This document shows positions 1 through 7,159 of a stretch of 22,116 nucleotides of DNA, piece after piece. How positions within the stretch are numbered: the first letter of the stretch is position 1; every line of letters begins with the position of its first letter. A model generated the notes under the pieces. It was not told where the DNA came from. It worked only from the letters and a program-made list of their open reading frames with translations, and made no database searches. The position numbers and the translations under genes are program-made. Location: NCBI GenBank assembly GCA_034440375.1, contig JAWXBZ010000165.1:1-22116 (forward strand), written 5' to 3'. The stretch comes from Candidatus Eiseniibacteriota bacterium (GTDB lineage: Bacteria > Eisenbacteria > RBG-16-71-46 > JABDJR01 > JAWXBZ01).

Positions 1-1869
1 GGCGGCGGCCGCCGAATCGCCGCTGAGGAGCGCGACATGAAGCCCCATGGACTTGAGCCGTGAGACGACCGCCGCCGCGTTCGGCTTGACCGTATCGGAG
101 AGGCCAATCAGCCCGGCAAGTTTTCCGTCGACCGCCACGAACAGCGTCGTCCGGCCCGACTCGGCGAGGCGGGCCGCATCGAGGGCCGGCCCGGAATCGG
201 CGGCGATCACGATTCCGTGAAGGGCGAGAAACGCGGCCGTTCCGAGTCGAATGTCGCGATCCCCGATCCGCGCCGACACGCCGCCGCCCGGCATCGCCTC
301 GAATGATGTCACCTCGAATGATTGGATGACGCCGCGCGCCTCGGCCTCGGCCACGATCGCCCGCGCCAGGGGGTGTTCGCTCCGCCGCTCGGCCGCGGCC
401 GCGAGTGCCAGGAGATCGGACTCCGACCCGAGCGCCATCACATCCGTCACGCGCGGACGCCCTTCGGTCAGGGTACCGGTCTTGTCGAGCAACACCGTGT
501 CCACGGATGCCGCCACCTCGAGCGCGGCCGCATCCCGAATCAGGATACCGAGCTCGGCCGCGCGGCCGGCACCCACCATGATCGCCGTGGGCGTGGCAAG
601 GCCGAGGGCGCACGGGCAGGCGATGATCAAGACCGTGACCGCGGCGGTCATGGCGTAGAGGGCGCGCGGCTCCGGCCCCACGAGCAGCCAGACGGCCGCC
701 GCAACGAGCGCGATGAGAATCACAACCGGAACGAAAACCGAGGACACCCGGTCGGCCAGACGCTGAATCGGCGCCCGCGATCCCTGCGCCGATTCCACCA
801 GCCCGGCGATCTGGCCCAGGAGCGTGTCACCCCCGAGGCGGGTGGCGATGATTCGCAGCGAGCCGTTGCCATTCAAGGTGCCGGCGAAAACGGCGGCGCC
901 CGGCGCCTTCTCGACCGGCATTGATTCCCCCGTCAGCATCGACTCATCGATGGCCGAACTTCCCTCCGTAACCCGGCCATCTACCGGAATTCGTTCACCG
1001 GGCCGAAGGACGAGTTGATCATCCAGCGCCACATCCTCGACTTCGAGATCGACCTCGCGATCATCCCTCAGAACATGCGCGATGGGCGGCGCGAGGTCGA
1101 GCAGGCGTCGGACGGCACCGGCGGCCCGGCGGCGCGCGCGTGATTCAAGCAGGCGGCCGGTGAGCACCAGCGTGATGATCCAGGCCACCGCCTCCCAGTA
1201 GACATCCGGCGCGAGACCGGCCGCCTCGTACCACCGGCTCCCCAGCGTAGCCAGAAGGCTCTGAATGAAGGCTGCCCCCGTGCCGACCGAGATCAGCGTA
1301 TTCATGTCGGCAACGCGATGCCGGGCACCGTTCCAGGCGGCGCGATAGATATCGCGGCCGGACCAGAGAACGATCGGGAGCGTCAGGAGAAACGAGGCCC
1401 AGCGGAGCCCATCTGCCGGCAGCCGGTACAACCAGGGAAGGGCGAGCCGGCCGAAGGAATCGACGGGAGCCATGAGTCGATGAAGCAGATCGTGCCCCGC
1501 GGGTCCCGTCGTCGTCATGAGCGGCATGGCCAGGATAGCCACCACCACCGACAGGACGCCCGAAACCGTCACGCGCCGAACGAGAGCTTCGTGCCGCGAC
1601 TGCCGACGGGCATCCTCCTCGTCGAGGCTCCGCCCGCGGCGCGATGCCGCGGAGGCCCTGGGCATGGCACCGTAACCGGCATCCTTGACCCGCTCGATCA
1701 ACCGCTCGACCGATGTGGCCGTCTCGTCGTGCGCCACCGTCGCCCGCTCCGTGGCAAAGTTGACGTAGGCCGAATCGACCCCCGGCGTCGCGCCGAGCAC
1801 TTTTTCGATGCGCCCGGCACAGGCCGCGCAGTACATGCCGGTCAGGTCAAGAGTGGTGGTGCGTTTCAT
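1..1869 (-). CDS. copA: Heavy-metal (Cu+-type) translocating P1B ATPase, 3' end runs off the window
   Basis: Not in the ORF track because there is no stop inside the window. Translated by hand from ATG 1869: [23 protein letters not shown] (N-terminal HMA CxxC). Same-frame motifs: ADMNTL, YWEA (~1200), MLTGES (~939), [16 protein letters not shown] (~630), [11 protein letters not shown] (~486) and SEHPLAR (~381). Lies directly downstream of copZ and csoR. Confidence 0.95.
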   Translation of the reverse strand, partial: MKRTTTLDLTGMYCAACAGRIEKVLGATPGVDSAYVNFATERATVAHDETATSVERLIERVKDAGYGAMPRASAASRRGRSLDEEDARRQSRHEALVRRVTVSGVLSVVVAILAMPLMTTTGPAGHDLLHRLMAPVDSFGRLALPWLYRLPADGLRWASFLLTLPIVLWSGRDIYRAAWNGARHRVADMNTLISVGTGAAFIQSLLATLGSRWYEAAGLAPDVYWEAVAWIITLVLTGRLLESRARRRAAGAVRRLLDLAPPIAHVLRDDREVDLEVEDVALDDQLVLRPGERIPVDGRVTEGSSAIDESMLTGESMPVEKAPGAAVFAGTLNGNGSLRIIATRLGGDTLLGQIAGLVESAQGSRAPIQRLADRVSSVFVPVVILIALVAAAVWLLVGPEPRALYAMTAAVTVLIIACPCALGLATPTAIMVGAGRAAELGILIRDAAALEVAASVDTVLLDKTGTLTEGRPRVTDVMALGSESDLLALAAAAERRSEHPLARAIVAEAEARGVIQSFEVTSFEAMPGGGVSARIGDRDIRLGTAAFLALHGIVIAADSGPALDAARLAESGRTTLFVAVDGKLAGLIGLSDTVKPNAAAVVSRLKSMGLHVALLSGDSAAAA

Positions 1870-1879
1870 GGGAGGCGCC

Positions 1880-2095
1880 TCAACCCGCGGGCCTGGCCTC
1901 GAAGCCGGCGTTGGTGATCCGCGTCACCAGCGTTTCGACCGACGTCAGCGCCGGATCATAGGTGACGAGGGCGGACTTGCCGGCCAGGTCGACCTGGCTC
2001 GACGCAACGCCCGGCGTGGCTTCCAGCACGCGTGTCACGCTTGCGACGCAGCCGCCGCAGGTCATCCCATCAACATGAAATTTCGTGGTGGTCAT
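1880..2095 (-). CDS. copZ: Copper chaperone, single HMA domain
   Basis: 71 aa with a [10 protein letters not shown] motif and a C-terminal AGF loop. AAAGGAG RBS upstream. Sits between csoR and copA. Confidence 0.93.
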   Translation of the reverse strand: MTTTKFHVDGMTCGGCVASVTRVLEATPGVASSQVDLAGKSALVTYDPALTSVETLVTRITNAGFEARPAG

Positions 2096-2114
2096 CGGAC
2101 TTGCTCCTTTTCGG

Positions 2115-2423
2115 TCAACGGGTGAAGCGATCCAGCAGCTCGCTCATTTCCTTGCTGACGCGGGCGGCCTCCGCCGCATCACCGGAGCGCATCGCGCCGG
2201 CCACGCAGCTCTGCATGTGGTTCTCGACCATCTGCCGGCTTACCGCCCGCAACGCCTCGTGCACCGCTGCCACCTGCGTCAGGATGTCGATGCAGTAGCG
2301 CTTCTCCTCGACCATCCGTGCCAGGCCGCGTACCTGGCCTTCAATCCGGGCCAGGCGGACCGGAATTTCACCCGGCGGGCCAGCTGTTCCGGAACCCTGT
2401 GTGGTTGATGGCTTTGCCGTCAT
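2115..2423 (-). CDS. csoR: CsoR/RcnR-family metal-sensitive repressor with the Cu(I)-type x-C-H-C fingerprint
   Basis: RLARIEGQVRGLARMVEEKRYCIDILTQVAAV...ENHMQSCV. Start 2423 chosen for its GAAAGGG RBS; in-frame ATG 2441 is the alternative. Confidence 0.92.
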   Translation of the reverse strand: MTAKPSTTQGSGTAGPPGEIPVRLARIEGQVRGLARMVEEKRYCIDILTQVAAVHEALRAVSRQMVENHMQSCVAGAMRSGDAAEAARVSKEMSELLDRFTR

Positions 2424-2497
2424 TCGCACCCTTTCCGCCATGTCTGGCCTGACAGTTGCAACCTATTTATAGGAGCCTGATCCCCCCTTCGCTTCAG

Positions 2498-2516
2498 AGT
2501 ATACCCCCGGGGGGTA
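2498..2516 (-). promoter_or_regulatory. CsoR-type operator (TACCCCC-G-GGGGGTA, 2502-2516) overlapping a -10 box TATACT (2498-2503, minus strand)
   Basis: 15-bp palindrome of the TAC-C-tract/G-tract-GTA form typical of CsoR operators, immediately upstream of csoR-copZ-copA. No convincing -35 seen. Confidence 0.85.
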
Positions 2517-2547
2517 GGATACAGGGAAAATGGATGCCGGGGTTCGC

Positions 2548-3615
2548 TCAGCCGGTTCGTCCGTGTCGATGCCGGTGGTGGATATCGGGGTAGTGCGGAT
2601 GGGTATGTTCCAGGGGCTCGTGCCGGTGCCAGTGGGTGTGCGGCTCGCCGGGCGGATCGTCCGGACCATGTTCGTGCTGATGGTGAATGTCGTGATGATG
2701 CCGGTGCCGATGTTCCAGTGGCTCGTGAACGTGGTGGTGCGCATGGGCCTCGGTCAGATGGATCCAGAGACCGATGGCCATGAGCGCGGCGGCGCCGAGG
2801 ATCAGGGGCGTGAAGGGCTCGCGCCAGAGAATCAGCCCGGTGGCCGCGCCGACGAACGGGGCGAGTGAGAAGTAGGCGCCGGTGCGCGCCGTCCCCAGAT
2901 CCCGCAGGGCCGTGATGAACAGCACGAGGCTGATGCCGTAACTCAGGAGTCCGAGCAGCAGGGCGCCACCGACCAGCGGCACCGGGGGAAGCGCCCCGCC
3001 CCGCGCGAGTCCGATCGCCAGGTTGACGCTCCCGGCCACGAGTCCCTTGAGGGCCGCGGTACGAACCGGATCCGACGCCGACACTTTCTGGGTGAGGTTG
3101 TTGTCGATGCCCCAGGCGAGGCACGCTCCCGCCACCGCCAGCGGACCCGCGAGCGATCCCACGGCCAGCCGTCCTTCCCATGACAGGAGCGCGCCGCCTG
3201 CCACGATGGCCAGCATGCCGACGATAATCCGCCGGTCGGCATTCTCGCGGAACACGACCCAGGCGATCAGGGCCGTGAAAACCCCTTCCAGGTTCAGGAG
3301 CAGCGAAGCCGACGACGAGGTGGATCGTTCGAGGCCGAACATCAGGAGGAAAGGTCCGATGATCCCGCCAAAGAAAATGGCGCCGGCCAGCCATGGCCAG
3401 TCACGCGGAGATCGCGTCTCCTTCGAAGTCGTCGGCGCGCTTCGACCGGTGCGACGGATGAGAAACCAGAGGCCAAGGCCAAGCCCGGATCCGAGGTAGA
3501 GCAATCCGGCGAGCACTTGAGGAGAAGTAACACCAAGCAGCCCCTTGGCGATGGGCGTCGAGATCCCGAACAGGATCGCGGCGAGCAGGGCGGTCAGGAC
3601 AGCCGGTCGATTCAT
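2548..3615 (-). CDS. EamA/DMT-family transporter with His-rich C-terminal tail (CnrT-like metal exporter)
   Basis: 355 aa with about 10 hydrophobic segments and EamA motifs (LAAILFGISTPIAK, ASLLLNLEGVFTALIAW, LAWGIDNNLT, LGTARTGAYFSLAPFVG). The last 70 aa contain 26 His. AAAGGA RBS. Confidence 0.9.
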   Translation of the reverse strand: MNRPAVLTALLAAILFGISTPIAKGLLGVTSPQVLAGLLYLGSGLGLGLWFLIRRTGRSAPTTSKETRSPRDWPWLAGAIFFGGIIGPFLLMFGLERSTSSSASLLLNLEGVFTALIAWVVFRENADRRIIVGMLAIVAGGALLSWEGRLAVGSLAGPLAVAGACLAWGIDNNLTQKVSASDPVRTAALKGLVAGSVNLAIGLARGGALPPVPLVGGALLLGLLSYGISLVLFITALRDLGTARTGAYFSLAPFVGAATGLILWREPFTPLILGAAALMAIGLWIHLTEAHAHHHVHEPLEHRHRHHHDIHHQHEHGPDDPPGEPHTHWHRHEPLEHTHPHYPDIHHRHRHGRTG

Positions 3616-3761
3616 GGTGTCGATCCTTTCGTTCGGCAGGTGAACGTGTGCCGGTTCTCGTCATCTTGAGAGCTGGAGACGACGCCTGGCAAGCTGGCAG
3701 GATCCGGTGGTCCAGGCCCAGGTGATTGTAGTGAGTGCCTTCGACGTGATACGACTTATGG

Positions 3762-4175
3762 ATGAACGTGAGCGGAGCAAGACGGTTCAGCCTCGGGATC
3801 CTTTCCGGGATTCTGCTCATCTGGGCCATGCTGGCACCCGCCGCCCATGGGTGGCTGCACGATGCGGTTCCGCCGGGGCACTCCCACGAGCCGGAGGTGC
3901 CCGCTCATCACCATGACGACGGTACCCCGCCGGATGCCCATGGGGACAACCCGGCATTGGTCGCCGACCACTTCGATCATCACCATTATCAGACGGACCT
4001 TGCGGGCGCTCGACCTCGCGCCCAGGCCAGCGCCCTCGCGCCATGTCCGATCCAATGGCTCTGCGCAAGGCCGCCCCTCCTTTCGACGCTGACCGGCCGT
4101 CAGGCTGACGGTCAGCCGGGGCCAATCCCCACATCCCAACGACCCGCGGCACCCCGGGCTCCCCCCACGACCTGA
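3762..4175 (+). CDS. Putative leader/ribosome-arrest peptide (DUF2946/CruR/CutF-like layout): signal peptide, His-rich segment, Cys pair, C-terminal RAPP
   Basis: 137 aa. Hydrophobic N-terminus (LGILSGILLIWAMLAPAA), 12 His in residues 29-75, C95/C101, Pro-rich linker, ends PRAPPTT-stop (RAPP codons 4155-4166). First ORF upstream of the RND operon. Confidence 0.72.
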   Translation: MNVSGARRFSLGILSGILLIWAMLAPAAHGWLHDAVPPGHSHEPEVPAHHHDDGTPPDAHGDNPALVADHFDHHHYQTDLAGARPRAQASALAPCPIQWLCARPPLLSTLTGRQADGQPGPIPTSQRPAAPRAPPTT

Positions 4176-4209
4176 TCGTCCTCTTCACGAAAAGCTGATT
4201 CCGTGACGC

Positions 4210-4316
4210 CCCCGACCTCCTCGGGGATATCTGTGGTCGCTCGATCCGGGCCGCAGTGGACGCGTCGCCTGCCCAACGCTTGTTCGCACGTGGTCCCACA
4301 CGGGTCCACCCGGAGG
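4210..4316 (+). promoter_or_regulatory. Structured inter-cistronic RNA that can occlude the SD of the OMF gene
   Basis: Hairpin CCCCGA-[CCTCC]-TCGGGG (4210-4226) presents an anti-SD loop. TCCGG (4245-4249) and GTGGAC (4256-4261) are complementary to CCGGA (4310-4314) and GTCCAC (4304-4309), overlapping SD GGAGG (4312-4316). Pairings read by eye, not computed. Confidence 0.4.
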
Positions 4317-4322
4317 ATGTTC

Positions 4323-5657
4323 ATGCCGTTTCGTTCCCCTCGAGCCCGCCGACTGGCTTCGGCACGCCTTGCCGTATTGACCGGCATCTTTCTTCTGTTC
4401 ACCGGTCCGGCGTATCGCCTGCGGGCCTCCGAGACGACAGGCTCCCTGAATACCGATGATCGTCCGGAGCTCCGGCTCTCGCTGGACGACGCTCTGGGGC
4501 GCGCGCGCCGTCAGAATCCGGGTGTTCGTGCCAGCCGCGAGGCCGAAGCAGCGGCCCTGGGACTCTTTCGTCAGGCTGGTGCCTGGCCGAATCCCGAGTT
4601 TCAGTATGAGCGGGAGCAACTCAAGGAATCGGGAGTCGCCACAACAGAGCAGCGTGTCCAGATCGTTCAGGAGTTGGACTGGAGCGGCGCCCGGGGAGCC
4701 CGGCGCACCGCCGCCCGTCATCGCCGCGAGGCCTCATCGGCCCGCGTTTCCATCGCCGAACTGGATCTCGATCTGGAGGTTCGCCGGCAGTACGCCGCGC
4801 GCGCGGTGGCCGAGCGTCACGTCACGATCGCCGACTCGCTCGTCAGTCAGTTCGAACGGGCCGTGGCCTCGAGCGAAGAGCGTCGGCTCGCCGGCGAGGC
4901 CTCGGACTACGAGGTCCGCCGACTGCGGATCGAGGCGGCTCGGCTGCGGAGCGAGTCCATGGCACGACGGACCGAGCTCGATGCCTCCCGCATCGGCCTG
5001 CCGTTGATGCTCGGACTTCCGATCGATTCGGTCCGCGTGATCACCGACTGGAACGAGCTGGTTCGATTGTCGCCTCTCGGTGCCTGGCCGGATTCGGAGT
5101 TGCCGGATGTCGTGGCGAACCACCCGGAACGGCTCGAGATCGATCGGGAGCGTCAGGCGGCGGCGGCCGAGCGCCACAGCGTTCGCGCCTCGCGGTGGGC
5201 CGGTCCCAGCCTCGGCCTGGGCTGGAAGTGGAGCCGACTCGAGCCGACAGGGCAGGCCGACGGGCCGATTGTTTCCATAGCCATCCCCCTTCCGCTCTGG
5301 AACCGGTCGGCCGGCCAGGTGGACGCGGCCGAAGCGGAGATCCGGCGGCTGACGATCGAAATGGACGGCATTGAACGGCGCCTGTCCGCCGACCTGCGTC
5401 GCATGTGGGAGGCCGCCCGTTCCGCGGACGCGCGCCTCGCGGAGCTGGACGAATTGATGGATACCGAAATGCCGTTGCTCCTGACCACTGCGGAGACGGC
5501 CTGGCGCGAGGGGGAATTCACGCTGCTCGAATGGCTGGATGCTGTCCGGGCCGCGGCCGACCTGGAATCCGAGCATCTCGCACTGCTGCTTCAACGATTC
5601 GTTCGTCGGGCCGAGCTCACCCGTGCCCTGGCGCGTTTGACCATGGAGGCCTCATGA
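4323..5657 (+). CDS. TolC/CzcC-family outer-membrane efflux protein
   Basis: LSLDDALGRARRQNP...QAGAWPNPEF and SIAIPLPLWNRSAG...AWREGEFTLLEWLDA are typical OMF motifs. Start reassigned to ATG 4323 (GGAGG 6 nt upstream, signal-peptide-like N-terminus). Confidence 0.9.
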   Translation: MPFRSPRARRLASARLAVLTGIFLLFTGPAYRLRASETTGSLNTDDRPELRLSLDDALGRARRQNPGVRASREAEAAALGLFRQAGAWPNPEFQYEREQLKESGVATTEQRVQIVQELDWSGARGARRTAARHRREASSARVSIAELDLDLEVRRQYAARAVAERHVTIADSLVSQFERAVASSEERRLAGEASDYEVRRLRIEAARLRSESMARRTELDASRIGLPLMLGLPIDSVRVITDWNELVRLSPLGAWPDSELPDVVANHPERLEIDRERQAAAAERHSVRASRWAGPSLGLGWKWSRLEPTGQADGPIVSIAIPLPLWNRSAGQVDAAEAEIRRLTIEMDGIERRLSADLRRMWEAARSADARLAELDELMDTEMPLLLTTAETAWREGEFTLLEWLDAVRAAADLESEHLALLLQRFVRRAELTRALARLTMEAS

Positions 5658-7150
5658 CCATTGGCAGAACCCTTCGATCATTGCTGCCGGTACTGGCGCT
5701 CTGGGCCGCGGCCTGCGCGGGACCGGAAAAGGCGGCGGACTTGTCCGCACCCGAACTGCCCGGCTCGTCCGTCACCCTCTGGACGGCGTCGACGGAGCTC
5801 TTCATGGAAGTACCGGCATTGCTCGTGAACCAACCCGAAAAGTTCGCGGTCCACCTGACACGTCTCTCGGATGCCACGCCGCTCCGGACGGGACCGGTGA
5901 CCTTTCGCTTCAAGCCGGTCGACGGCGGCGAGGCGCTGGTCGTCATGCAGGCCGAGCCGCGGGCGCCGGGAATCTTCGGCCCCGCCCCGTCATTTGCGCG
6001 AGCCGGGACATACGACCTGGTGATCGAGATCGCGAGTCCCGATCTGACTGATCGGATCGAGGTGCCGGGCCTCACGGTGTACGCAGCGGCGGCCGACGTT
6101 CCACACGAGCATGGCGAGTCAGACGCGGGTGGCATCGCTTTTCTCAAGGAGCAGGCCTGGAAAACCGAGGGCTTTCAAACGGCGTTCGCCACCACTGGCC
6201 GTCTCGCGGAGATCGTGGCCGCGCCGGCGAGAGTAACTCCCGCGGCCGGTTTCGAAAGTTGGATCACGGCCCCGATCGCGGGACGATTTGATCTGGCGCG
6301 TCCGGACGCGGTCACACCGGGCCGCATGGTCCGAAGGGGTGAGACATTGGCCCGACTCTGGCCCATGCCCGGGGACGGCGGCTCCTCGTTGCCGGAGGCG
6401 CGCCGTGAACTGGCGGATGCTGAGGCGGAAATGACGCGGGTGACACGCCTCTCGAAGGCCGGCGCCATCCCGACCCGCCGGGTCGCCGAGGTCGAGAATC
6501 GGCTGCGGGCCGCCCGCGAATCCCTGGCAGGACTGCCAGGCAAAGCCAGCAGCGACGGTTCGGTCCAGTTGATAGCAGCCATCGATGGGCAGGTGGTGGA
6601 GGTTCGCCAGGTGACCGGCGTCCGCGTCGAACCGGGTGAACCGCTGATACGGATCCTGAACCCGCGGCGACTCTGGCTCGTCGTCGACGTCGCATCCCCG
6701 ACCCTCACGTCCCCGGGGGACATCGGTCCCGTGACCTATCGAATTGAAGGAGAGGCGGACTCACGCCGCTCGGGCGATTTCGTCGGGTCCGCCCCCGAGA
6801 TTGATCCCGTCACGCGCTCGCGGAGGCTCATCTTCAATCTCGACAATAGCGCTGCCGACATCCAGGCCGGAAGCCTTGCCCAGGTGGAATTGCCCACCGG
6901 CCAGGAGCAGGACGGCGTACTCATCGCGGCCAGCGCCGTCATCGAGGAAGACGGTCAGCCCATCGCGTACGTTCAGGTATCCGGCGAATCGTTCGAACGC
7001 CGAACGCTGACGGTGGGCGCCCGTAACGGGGATCAGGTCCTTGTCCTTGCGGGCATCAACGCGGGCGAGCGCATCGTGACGGGCGCCGCCTTCCAGATTC
7101 GCCTGGCCTCCCTCTCCACGTCCGTGCCGGCGCACGGCCACGCCCACTAG
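5654..7150 (+). CDS. RND periplasmic adaptor (MFP), probable lipoprotein with an extra N-terminal domain
   Basis: ATGA overlap with the OMF stop and GGAGG upstream. Lipobox-like LWAAAC. MFP motifs ITAPIAG, LIAAIDGQV and GESFERRTLTVG...GINAGERIVTGAA. Ends HGHAH. Confidence 0.9.
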   Translation: MTIGRTLRSLLPVLALWAAACAGPEKAADLSAPELPGSSVTLWTASTELFMEVPALLVNQPEKFAVHLTRLSDATPLRTGPVTFRFKPVDGGEALVVMQAEPRAPGIFGPAPSFARAGTYDLVIEIASPDLTDRIEVPGLTVYAAAADVPHEHGESDAGGIAFLKEQAWKTEGFQTAFATTGRLAEIVAAPARVTPAAGFESWITAPIAGRFDLARPDAVTPGRMVRRGETLARLWPMPGDGGSSLPEARRELADAEAEMTRVTRLSKAGAIPTRRVAEVENRLRAARESLAGLPGKASSDGSVQLIAAIDGQVVEVRQVTGVRVEPGEPLIRILNPRRLWLVVDVASPTLTSPGDIGPVTYRIEGEADSRRSGDFVGSAPEIDPVTRSRRLIFNLDNSAADIQAGSLAQVELPTGQEQDGVLIAASAVIEEDGQPIAYVQVSGESFERRTLTVGARNGDQVLVLAGINAGERIVTGAAFQIRLASLSTSVPAHGHAH

Positions 7151-7159
7151 GAGCGACGC

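Noticed and set aside
3616-3761. NiCo riboswitch or MerR/ArsR operator in the divergent intergenic region
   Set aside because: Only short hairpins (CGGCA/TGCCG, TCGTC/GACGA) and no recognisable consensus. An Rfam scan would be needed to exclude it formally.
3762-3800. Twin-arginine (Tat) signal in the leader peptide (GARRFSL)
   Set aside because: Poor match to S/T-R-R-x-F-L-K. A Sec signal or membrane anchor is equally plausible.
4203-4322. Longer starts given by the ORF track (4203 for OMF; also 5405 for MFP, 11955 for GT-C, 21059 for czcB)
   Set aside because: Downstream ATGs have SD sequences, ATGA coupling or signal peptides, while the extensions overlap neighbouring genes or hairpins.
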